NCBI GenBank assembly: GCA_963725255.1
Contig: CAVRXV010000008.1
Location: 50,159-114,158 of the forward strand
DNA from: an uncultured Gammaproteobacteria bacterium
Lineage (GTDB): Bacteria > Pseudomonadota > Gammaproteobacteria > JAIEPX01
Direction: 5' to 3'
DNA: 64,000 bases
This document shows positions 48,311 to 57,866 of the stretch, piece after piece. Made by a program: the position numbers and the translations under genes. The notes beneath the pieces were generated by a model, which did not search any database, had not been told where the DNA came from, and worked only from the letters and a program-made list of their open reading frames with translations. Every line of letters begins with the position of its first letter. The first letter of the stretch is position 1.

Positions 48311-50081
48311 TTGAAAGTGATTGATCTAATACAAATTGTCTTATATATCGCTGTTATACTTGCTTTAGTCAAACCACTTGGCTGGTATATGGCAAGAGTA
48401 TACGAAGGCAAATCGTGTGGTCTTGATTATATACTCGGTCCATTTGAGCGTTTTATTTATCGATCCTGCGGTGTTTCTACTTCAGCTGAAATGGGATGGA
48501 AAAAATATCTTATCGCAATGTTGTTATGTAATTTATTTGGATTGTTGAGCGTATATTTTATTCAACGGTTTCAATTTTATTTACCACTTAATCCACAATC
48601 TTTTTCGAATGTGCCTCCAGATCTTGCTTTTAATACGGCAGTGAGTTTTGCGACAAATACTAATTGGCAGGCGTATTCAGGTGAAAGTAGTTTGAGTTAT
48701 TTCACTCAAATGTTTGCGATTAACAGTGCAAAATTTTCTTTCAGCGGCAACAGGAATGGCGTTACTTGCTGCACTGACGCGTGGAATTATTCGCTTCGAT
48801 AGCGACAAATTAGGAAATTTTTGGGTTGATTTAGTCCGCAGTGTATTATACATATTATTGCCACTGTCTTTTATTTTATCTTTAGTTTTAGTTTCTCAAG
48901 GTGTTATTCAAAATTTTAAATCTTATCAGACCGTCAGTTTAATTGACCCCATTGTTTTGGAGAAAAAATCAGAAGACTCTTCAAATGCAACTGTAAAATC
49001 TCAAAATGTTGTATTGACACAAAAAATTCCTATGGGTCCAGTTGCTTCACAAATCTGCAATAAAACAATTGGGTACTAATGGCGGTGGATTTTTTAATGT
49101 GAATTCTGCGCATCCTTTTGAAAACCCTAATCCCTTGACTAATTTTCTTGAAATTATCGCTATTTTAATGATTCCCGCAGCTTTTTGTTACACCTTTGGT
49201 GTTATGGTCGGTGATAAACGACAAGGTGGGCAATTTTATTAGCCATGTTAATTTTATTTTTGCCACTGGCAGGTCTATCCATTTATGCAGAAGGGCAATC
49301 TCATCCCGAATATTCTCAACTTGGCATCGAATCACAAGGTAATTTAGAAGGTAAAGAAATGCGTTTTGGAATAAGCAATTCAGCATTTTGGGCCACTGCA
49401 ACGACAGCTACTTCCAATGGATCTGTAAATTCTATGCATGATTCATTTACGCCATTAGGTGGTTTAGTTCCGATTATGTTGATGCATTTTGGAGAAGTCG
49501 TATTTGGTGGTGTGGGATCTGGTTTATACGGCATGTTAATGATGGTCATTATTACTGTTTTTGTTGCAGGACTGATGGTGGGTAGAACGCCAGAATATTT
49601 AGGAAAAAAAATCGAACCCTATGAAATGAAAATGGCGTTTATTGCTGTATTAGTGATGCCATTAATCGTTCTCATGTGTACTGCGGTAAGTGCAGTGAAT
49701 TCAGTGGGTATTAGTTCTCTAGCAAATCCTGGTGCGCACGGATTTACTGAAATTTTATACGCTTTTACCTCGATGGGTAATAATAATGGTAGTGCTTTTG
49801 CAGGACTCAATGCTAACACACCCTTTTATAATACACTTGGTGGTATGGTGATGTTAATCGGTCGATATTGGATTGCTATACCAACCTTAGCAATTGCAGG
49901 TTCTTTAGTAAAAAAGAAAAAGATCCCTACAAGTGCAGGTACGTTGCTCACTCATACGCCATTATTTATATTTTTATTAATTTCGGTAATCATTATTTTA
50001 GGTGCTCTGTCTTTTTTTCCTGCGTTGTCTTTAGGCCCCATTGTTGAACAATTAATGGAGTGGGGTATCCATGGCCACTAA
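48311..50081 (+). pseudogene. kdpA: Potassium-transporting ATPase subunit A with three frameshifts
   Basis: Four ORF fragments are collinear with E. coli KdpA (…NTNWQAYSGE / LTVQNFLSAATG / [10 protein letters not shown] / GGVGSGLYGM…). Breaks fall near 48720, 49050 and 49240. Confidence 0.8.
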
Positions 50082-52138
50082 ATCGCATGCGCTTTGGGAT
50101 ACCAAGATTATTAAAATTGCCTTACGAGATGCTTTTCTAAAGTTATCACCCTTCATCAAATTCGTAATCCTGTGATGTTTACGGTTTATATTGCTTCACT
50201 GATTACAAGTTGGTTATTTATTCAAGCTATTACTGGACAGGCTGAAGCACCTCCAGACTTTATATTATTAATTTCTTTATGGCTTTGGTTTACATTGTTA
50301 TTTGCAAATTTTGCGGAAGCAATGGCGGAAGGACGTGGAAAAGCGCAAGCACAAGCGTTGCGTAAATCACGTCGTGAAGTGATGGCAAAAAAATTATCTA
50401 AACCTTCACGAGATGCGAAAATTAATGCAGTGGTCTCTGCTGATTTGAGAGTTGGCGATATTGTGTTAGTAGAAGCAGGTGATTTTATTCCTAGCGATGG
50501 TGAGGTGATTGAAGGAATTGTTTCTGTTAATGAAAGTGCTATAACAGGTGAAAGTGCTCCTGTTATTCGAGAAAGTGGTGGGGATCGAAGTGCTGTTACG
50601 GGTGGGACACAGGTCATTTCGGATTGGTTAATTATGCGAATTACTGCCAATCCCGGAGAAACATTTTTGGATCGCATGATTTCACTTAGTTGAAGGTGCG
50701 AAGCGACAAAAAACACCGAATGAACTTGCATTAACTATTTTATTAGCAGCGTTTGACCATTGTTTTTTTATTAGTTTGCGCAACGTTGATTTCGTTTTCT
50801 ATTTACAGTGTCAATGCTATGGGTTCCGGTGGTGTGATCAGTATTACTGTTGTTGTTGCATTATTTGTTTGTTTAGCGCCGACAACCATTGGTGGATTTT
50901 ATCTGCAATTGGAATTGCAGGTATGGATCGAATGATTCAAGCAAACGTTATTGCACTATCGGGCAGAGCAGTTGAAGCAGCAGGTGATATTGATACTTTG
51001 ATTCTCGATAAAACAGGAACAATCACATTCGGAAATCGACAAGCGACAGAATTTATGCCAGCTGAAGATGTCAGTGTTGAAGCTTTTGCGGATGCTGCAC
51101 AATTGTCTTCTCTTGCAGATGAAACACCTGAGGGGCGTAGCATTGTAATTCTTGCAAAAGAAAAATATGGATTACGTGGAAGAAATATTACAAGTTTAGG
51201 TGCTACGTTTATTCCATTTACAGCACAAACACGCATGAGTGGTGCTAATTTACCAGGTCGTCAAATTCGTAAAGGTGCTGCTGAAGCTATAGAAGCGTAT
51301 ATTAAAGAGCAAGGCGGTATTTTTCCTTTATTTGTAAAATCAGTGGTTGATTCGATAGCAAGTCATGGGGGAACGCCATTGGTTGTTGCAGAAGGGAATA
51401 AAGTGTTAGGCGTTATTCATCTGAAAGATATTGTCAAAGGTGGAATTCGCAGAACGTTTTGCAGAATTACGTCAAATGGGAATTCGCACGATTATGGTCA
51501 CTGGAGATAATCCAATAACCGCCGCTGCCATTGCTGCAGAAGCTGGAGTTGATGATTTTCTTGCGAATGCAACACCAGAAGATAAATTGATATTAATTCG
51601 ACGATTACAATCCGAAGGACATTTAGTTGCAATGACAGGTGATGGTACTAATGATGCACCTGCACTTGCGCAAGCGGATGTTGCTGTTGCAATGAATACA
51701 GGCACTCAAGCAGCTAAAGAAGCAGGTAATTTGGTGGATCTTGATTCAAATCCTACAAAACTTATTGAAGTTGTTGATATTGGAAAACAATTGTTAATGA
51801 CACGCGGTGCATTAACAACATTTAGTATTGCGAATGATATTGCAAAATATTTTGCCATTTTACCCGCAGCATTTGCTTCGACTTATCCTGCTCTCAATGC
51901 TCTGAATATAATGCATCTTTCCACAGGACGGAATGCAATTTTATCCGCTGTAATTTTTAATGCATTGATTATTGTATTTTTAATTCCACTCGCATTAAAA
52001 GGAGTAAAGTATCATCGTGTCTCAGCTTCTAAGCTTTTGAGGAATAATGTTTTTATCTATGGACTGGGTGGATTACTTGTGCCATTCGTTGGAATAAAAA
52101 TGATAGACCTCATTTTATACGCAATTGGATTAAAATGA
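50071..52138 (+). pseudogene. kdpB: Potassium-transporting P-type ATPase subunit B with at least four frameshifts
   Basis: Fragments carry [31 protein letters not shown] and the C-terminal KdpB blocks in different frames. Breaks fall near 50140, 50690, 50900 and 51450. Confidence 0.8.
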
Positions 52139-52148
52139 ATATTGTGAG

Positions 52149-52754
52149 ATGCAACAAATGCTCAAAATTATAATTGAACAAATCAAAGTGGCTTTAAGAA
52201 TCGTGATAATTTTTTCACTACTAATGGGAATTTTATATCCTTTCGTTATGACCGGTTTGGCGGAATTATTTTTTCCCTGGCGTGCAAATGGAAGTATGAT
52301 CGTGCATCAAAAAAAGCCTATCGCTTCTCTTTTAATCGGTCAATATTTCACAGATGAAAAATATTTTTGGGGTCGGCCTTCGGCAACTTCACGATTTCCT
52401 TATGACGCAGAAAATTCTTCTGGTTCGAATCTTGCGTTATCAAATCTGGCTCTGCTTCAAGCTGTGAAAGCACGTGTTGATCATTGGAAAGTTACAAATC
52501 CCGAACAAAAAAATACGTTACCGATGGATTTGGTAACAGCTTCAGCCAGTGGATTAGATCCGGATATCAGTTCCAGTGCTGCATTTTATCAAGTCCCGCG
52601 AATCGCAAAAGCGCGTAATGTTCCAGAAAAAGCAGTGAACGATCTAATTCAGCGATCAATACTTCCTCGAACATTTCGAGTTTTTGGAGAGCCTCGAGTC
52701 AATGTGTTTTTGCTTAATTCTTCTTTAGACTATCTTAACAGTAATGTGGAATAA
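52149..52754 (+). CDS. kdpC: Potassium-transporting ATPase subunit C
   Basis: 201 aa, single N-terminal TM segment. The FPWRANGS block matches KdpC. Confidence 0.8.
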   Translation: MQQMLKIIIEQIKVALRIVIIFSLLMGILYPFVMTGLAELFFPWRANGSMIVHQKKPIASLLIGQYFTDEKYFWGRPSATSRFPYDAENSSGSNLALSNLALLQAVKARVDHWKVTNPEQKNTLPMDLVTASASGLDPDISSSAAFYQVPRIAKARNVPEKAVNDLIQRSILPRTFRVFGEPRVNVFLLNSSLDYLNSNVE

Positions 52755-52756
52755 CC

Positions 52757-54781
52757 ATGAAAGAGAAACGCCCAAATCCAGAAGATTTGTTGAAAATTGC
52801 TGAGGAAGAAGCTCGGATCGGAGAGCGCGGAAAACTCAGAATATATCTCGGTGCAGCACCGGGTGTGGGGAAGACATTCACAATGCTTGAAGATGCTCAG
52901 GCAAAACGACAAGAGGGATTAGATGTTGTTGTAGGAGTAGTGGAATCACATGGTAGAAGAGAAATTGATGCATTGCTGCATGGTTTGGAAATGATACCTA
53001 GACAAGTCATCAATTATCGAGGTGTGACATTAACAGAATTTGATCTCGATGGCGCATTAAAGCGAAATCCTGGCATTATTTTAATCGATGAAATGGCTCA
53101 TACGAATGCGCCTGGGTTACGTCACGAGAAAAGATGGCAAGATATTAAAGAACTATTAGATCGAGGCATCAACGTATATACAACAGTGAATGTTCAGCAT
53201 ATTGAAAGTCAAAAAGATAATGTGGCGAAAATTGTTTACACCAATATTAAAGAATCTGTTCCCGATTCAATGTTTGAAATTGCACACACCATTGAACTCG
53301 TCGATTTACCACCGGAAGATTTGCTGAAACGATTAGAAGAAGGAAAAGTTTATTTTCCACAACAAGCTGAATTGGCCAAAGAGAACTTTTTTAGAGAAGG
53401 TAATCTTATTGCCTTGCGTGAAATTGCACTGCGATACACGGCTGATCGTGTGGGTGCAGATGTATTGTTATATCGTCGGGGGCAGGGCATTACACGAATT
53501 TGGCCTACACGTAATAAAATTTTAGTCTGCGTAGGTCCAGGAGAATCCAAAAAATTAATTTTCTCTGCTGCACGAATTGCTCAAAGCCTTAAAGCAGAAT
53601 GGATAGCGATTTATGTTGATGTACCTAGGCTGCAGTCATCTGAAGTAGAACGAAATCGAGCAGTAACTAAATTAAGACAAGCAGAGAGACTAGGAGCGAC
53701 CACACGATTATTAGTTGGAAGTGATATCGTGAAGGAAATAATCAATTTTGCCCACGAACAGAATATATCACAAATAATGGTATGGAAAAGTAGCCATCAA
53801 ACATGGAAAGACTATCTAAAGATTTGGAAAAATATCAGTTCAGGGAAGCGAGTTTTCACATTCAGTAGTCTTGCTGATAAAATCGTTCGTAATAGCGGTG
53901 AAATTGATGTCTATGTCATGACTGGGGTTAAAGAAGAATCTAAAACGCCGGTCACTACTCAAGTTAAAAAGAGAGGTTTTTCCTGGAAGAGTTATTTATT
54001 TTCATTTGTTGTTGTAGGTGTTTCAACTCTGATCGATTATTTTCTTTTTCCTTTTTTAAATGCCACTAATCTTATCATGATCTATTTTTTTGGTGTTTTC
54101 ACTGTGGCTTTGTATGACAAAATGCTACCTACTATTTTCACTGCTTTCTTAAGTGTAATCGTCTGTAGTTTTTTATACATGCCACCTTATTACACGTTCG
54201 CAGTATTTGATAGTAGCTACATGTTGAGTATAGTGTTGATGTTTGTAATTGCCTTAACGATTAATTACTACACTGTAGCTTCACGAAGAGAAGCGCTGCG
54301 AGCCCGACACGCAGAACAATTAATCGCACGTTTGCATTCTTTAAGTCGACAGTTAGCGACCACTCGAGGTGTTGATAAGCTGTTCCATATTGGTGTGGAA
54401 TACATTGCTGAAAGTTTAGACTGCGATGTTCAAGCGATGTTGCAAGGTGAAGGTGGTTTAGTCGTGCGGGCCAAATCCGAAACCGATTGGATTTTAGATG
54501 CAAAAGATATCAGTGTTGCTCAATGGGTTAATGATTTGGGTCAGTCTGCTGGATTGGGCACTGATACCTTGCCATTTACAAAAGCTCTTTATATACCCTT
54601 ATTAGCTTCACATGGAACCATTGGGGTTTTGAGTGTCAGACCAAAAATTGAGGGGCGTCTATTTACCCCAGAAGAAATGCACTTGTTAGAATCTTTTGCA
54701 CATCAATTAGCGATTACACTTGAAGCAGATTTATATCATGATAAAAATCAGCTGATAGAGATCAGGATACGGTCATCGTGA
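52757..54781 (+). CDS. kdpD: KdpD sensor lacking the histidine-kinase domain (KdpD N-terminal + Usp + 4 TM + GAF only)
   Basis: 674 aa versus about 890 aa for full KdpD. A P-loop-like GAAPGVGKT is in the N-terminal domain. The ORF stops before any HisKA or HATPase region, and no kdpE follows. Confidence 0.72.
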   Translation: MKEKRPNPEDLLKIAEEEARIGERGKLRIYLGAAPGVGKTFTMLEDAQAKRQEGLDVVVGVVESHGRREIDALLHGLEMIPRQVINYRGVTLTEFDLDGALKRNPGIILIDEMAHTNAPGLRHEKRWQDIKELLDRGINVYTTVNVQHIESQKDNVAKIVYTNIKESVPDSMFEIAHTIELVDLPPEDLLKRLEEGKVYFPQQAELAKENFFREGNLIALREIALRYTADRVGADVLLYRRGQGITRIWPTRNKILVCVGPGESKKLIFSAARIAQSLKAEWIAIYVDVPRLQSSEVERNRAVTKLRQAERLGATTRLLVGSDIVKEIINFAHEQNISQIMVWKSSHQTWKDYLKIWKNISSGKRVFTFSSLADKIVRNSGEIDVYVMTGVKEESKTPVTTQVKKRGFSWKSYLFSFVVVGVSTLIDYFLFPFLNATNLIMIYFFGVFTVALYDKMLPTIFTAFLSVIVCSFLYMPPYYTFAVFDSSYMLSIVLMFVIALTINYYTVASRREALRARHAEQLIARLHSLSRQLATTRGVDKLFHIGVEYIAESLDCDVQAMLQGEGGLVVRAKSETDWILDAKDISVAQWVNDLGQSAGLGTDTLPFTKALYIPLLASHGTIGVLSVRPKIEGRLFTPEEMHLLESFAHQLAITLEADLYHDKNQLIEIRIRSS

Positions 54782-54924
54782 AATGTATAGCCTTTTCAAT
54801 AGAGATTTTCACAAGCCTCTCACAACTCACATAATAAGGGGGTCAAATCTTTGCGCATTCAACTTGATAAAGGTTTCTATTGCCTAGTAGCATTTGAATT
54901 AACGCGGCCTGAAGAGAGAAGGTT

Positions 54925-55308
54925 ATGACTCGATTAAGTTTTTTACGAGGGATCCCAATAGCAGTTACGGCTATTGGCATTTGTATTCATGTTCTAGGTA
55001 TAGCAGGCCTCTTCGTTCAAACCTCGTTTATTCATGATTTAATAATGCTCGGTATCGATTGTTTCGTTCTGGCAGGCCTCTTGAGAAGAACTGCTTGGGG
55101 ATATTACTTGGCTGTTGGCTTGTATATTCAGCAAAGCGTCATGCAACCCTATTGGGCTTATAAGAGTTACTTGGCTGAATATTTCATTATACATCCTATG
55201 GGACTTTTTCTAGCGCCCATTGTTGTAATAACAAGTTTGATTATATTGCTCACTAACAAGTCGACCTTCATTTATCATCGCGATCAAGGGGGTCAAATCT
55301 CCATTTGA
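54925..55308 (+). CDS. Small 4-TM membrane protein whose C-terminus and stop codon lie in a MITE
   Basis: 127-aa hydrophobic ORF. The last codons (RDQGGQISI-stop) are encoded by the GGGGGTCAAATCTCCATTTGA repeat terminus. Confidence 0.4.
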   Translation: MTRLSFLRGIPIAVTAIGICIHVLGIAGLFVQTSFIHDLIMLGIDCFVLAGLLRRTAWGYYLAVGLYIQQSVMQPYWAYKSYLAEYFIIHPMGLFLAPIVVITSLIILLTNKSTFIYHRDQGGQISI

Positions 55309-55470
55309 CGATCTCATAGTTTTCTTGCGGTGCTTATTTACCATTATTTTCTGCCGCGCAATTTAACGATTGCAAGGCTTTGATATATTTTTCACCGCAT
55401 TTTTTGTCTTGGTTAATTTTTGACTCAAAATGTTATGCCGCACTACTGACAGTTTGATAGTACTTTTGGA
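55288..55470. repeat. Partial (left-half) copy of a about 290-bp MITE-like element
   Basis: About 95% identical over about 180 bp to 56611-56790. Starts with the terminal repeat GGGGGTCAAATCTCCATTTG. Confidence 0.85.
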
Positions 55471-55580
55471 TTTCCTATTTATCAACTAGGCAGCCAAGAA
55501 ACTTCCAAAATCAATGATGCTTGCAAAAAAAATCTGCATCAATAACGGCATCGTCAACACCGTTTCGACGCCATTTTGCT

Positions 55581-56414
55581 TTATTTTTTAGCGGGTACTT
55601 GTGATGAAAGTTCCGGTGTTGTTCTTAACTTATCAATTGCCAAGTTTATTTGTTTCAAATGTTCTTCAACTACTTTTACTGCCACTTTTGCTCCCAAAGT
55701 ACCAAGTGTTCTTTCAATCTTATAAGCGATTAATTTCTGTTCAAGCTCTTCTTTTATTTTTTCATAGGCACGTTGAACTAAATCAGGAGATTTTTGCATA
55801 TATTTCTGTATTGTATCTGATGCCTCTTTTATTACGCTGTCTGCTGGTCTCTTCGGTGTTTCCAGCACGTCATGAAACTTTTCAGCGGCTTGCTTCACAT
55901 TATGAATTATTGCCTCTTCAGCGCAACTTTTCAGTTCTTTGGCCATGGTCTCGGAAATTAAACCACTTTTTGGTTCTATCATACGCAGTTTTTGAAGACT
56001 TTCAGGATCTTGCTTTCTCAAAAATGAAATAAGGGCTTTTTCATCACCATGCCCAGCTTTTTTCAAAATGACTATAGCGGGTAACACGACTTTTACGTTA
56101 AATTGCATCGATTCAGTCAATGAAACTTTGGGTTTTGCTCGGCGTTTAACTTCTTCAGGTTCAATATTTGTAATTGAAGTAATGTTATCTTTTTTGAGCT
56201 CATTGCGTGCAGTTTTCGCTAAATAGCATAATTTAATGTTACGAAAATCTTTCGATAATACATCTAATAATTTTGGATCTTGAGCCTTTAAAAAACTCAT
56301 GAAAAGCCCCTTAGCATAATTCAGCTTTTGATAGTCCTTGCATTGTTGGACTAATTTTTTATAGTCATCAGAAGACATTATATCTTCAATTTCATTCTTA
56401 TCTGACCTCGCCAT
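55581..56414 (-). CDS. Hypothetical charged alpha-helical protein, 277 aa, flanked by direct MITE copies
   Basis: Clean ORF. No recognisable domain. Lys/Glu-rich. Confidence 0.5.
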   Translation of the reverse strand: MARSDKNEIEDIMSSDDYKKLVQQCKDYQKLNYAKGLFMSFLKAQDPKLLDVLSKDFRNIKLCYLAKTARNELKKDNITSITNIEPEEVKRRAKPKVSLTESMQFNVKVVLPAIVILKKAGHGDEKALISFLRKQDPESLQKLRMIEPKSGLISETMAKELKSCAEEAIIHNVKQAAEKFHDVLETPKRPADSVIKEASDTIQKYMQKSPDLVQRAYEKIKEELEQKLIAYKIERTLGTLGAKVAVKVVEEHLKQINLAIDKLRTTPELSSQVPAKK

Positions 56415-56610
56415 ATGCCCTCCTAAATGCGATAGGTATCACTATCACGATCCGCTAATACATAAGCTGAGGCACATCTTTCGGCCCCATCGTCTTAATT
56501 ATAGCGTATTACCCGGGTTTTTGCCGGGCTCCTCAAAGCCATAAAGTAGGGGTTTGGCGGCTACTTTATTAGAAGCATCTCAACAGTCGATTTTATGTAA
56601 TGCAAGCATA

Positions 56611-56899
56611 GGGGTCAAATCTCTATTTGACGATCTCATGGTTTTCTTGTGGTGCTTATTTACCATTATTTTCTGCCGCGCAATTTAACGATTGCAAGGC
56701 TTTGATGTATTTTTCACGGCATTTTTTGTCTTGGTTAATTGTTGACTCAAAATGATATGCCGCACTACTGACAGTTTGATAGCACTTTTTAAGAGGCTAG
56801 AATAGAAATGATATTCGTATTTTTAAATTAATGGACTCCACATATCCAATGAGAAATATTAAGTTCTGAAATCATCAAATGGAGATTTGACCCCCTCTG
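56611..56899. repeat. Complete about 290-bp MITE-like element with perfect 20-bp terminal inverted repeats (GGGGTCAAATCTC(T/C)ATTTG ... CAAATGGAGATTTGACCCCC)
   Basis: Left end at 56611 and inverted right end at 56876-56899. The internal sequence is duplicated at 55288-55470. Confidence 0.8.
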
Positions 56900-57060
56900 T
56901 AAATAATGTGATATGATTCCACCTAAAAGTGAAGGGCAATTTTCACCGTGCAGCATAGAGATATGGTGTAACATGATAAATGCACGCTATCATTAGTCAT
57001 ATTAGAGAGCCGTTTCAATATTAAAGAGTTGGGTTTTGGATTACTGGATTTGGTGTAGTT

Positions 57061-57864
57061 ATGGATGATTTTCAAAAGCTTATCGATGAATACTCTGCTG
57101 AGTATTGTCTTTTTTTAGAGAGCACTTACGGTGACCAGATGCTTTCAGAGGGTGGAACTCTTGCGATAGATCGTCTGTTTGCAGGCACGTCGTTGAATAA
57201 TAAAAAAGCTTTGGATATCGGTTTTGGCCTTGGTGCTGCTGCGTTTTATTTGGCAGAACGATATCAAGCTGAAGTCACTGGTATCGAATTGAATCCCTGG
57301 CTGGTTGAAGAAGCAACGCGCAGAACACCAGTGAATTTAAATTTACTTGTAAAGTTTGTGCAATATCAAAGACCGCCATTGCTCCCTTTTCCTGATCAAT
57401 GCTTTGATATTGTTTATAGCAAAGGCGTGCTCGTTCACATAAACGATAAATATCCGCTATTCAACGAAATTCATCGTGTGCTCAAGCCAGGCGGTTTCGT
57501 GATAATTGACGATTGGTTAAGTCCCAACAAAGGCCAGTGGGGACAACGATTACAAAAAATGTGTGAGATGGAAAACCTCACTCTATACGCGCAGACAGAA
57601 ACGGATTATCGCCAACTCCTGGAAAAAACAGGATTCACAGCAATACAAATGCGCGCAGAAAATGATCATTATGTTCAATACAATCAAGACGTCGTGAACC
57701 GTCTAAACCAGCCTAATATCAAAGCCTCATTCTCAGCCCAATTCGGCGACACCGCCTGGCAGCAAGCTGTAGAAGGCTATCAATTGATCGCTGATTCAAT
57801 TCGAGACAATGAACTATTGATCCGATGGCTTAAGGCCACGCGACGCCATTCCCATTTCTATTAA
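57061..57864 (+). CDS. Class I SAM-dependent methyltransferase (Methyltransf_11/25-like)
   Basis: SAM motif I LDIGFGLGAAAFYLA, an acidic residue after beta2 (GIELN) and motif post I. Confidence 0.6.
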   Translation: MDDFQKLIDEYSAEYCLFLESTYGDQMLSEGGTLAIDRLFAGTSLNNKKALDIGFGLGAAAFYLAERYQAEVTGIELNPWLVEEATRRTPVNLNLLVKFVQYQRPPLLPFPDQCFDIVYSKGVLVHINDKYPLFNEIHRVLKPGGFVIIDDWLSPNKGQWGQRLQKMCEMENLTLYAQTETDYRQLLEKTGFTAIQMRAENDHYVQYNQDVVNRLNQPNIKASFSAQFGDTAWQQAVEGYQLIADSIRDNELLIRWLKATRRHSHFY

Positions 57865-57866
57865 AG

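Noticed and set aside
48311-52138. Interpreting kdpA/kdpB fragments as several independent small genes, or as pure sequencing error
   Set aside because: The fragments are perfectly collinear with single KdpA and KdpB proteins, so they are one gene each. Seven or more indels in these two genes, with intact essential genes nearby, favour genuine pseudogenisation. Read-level checking is still advised.
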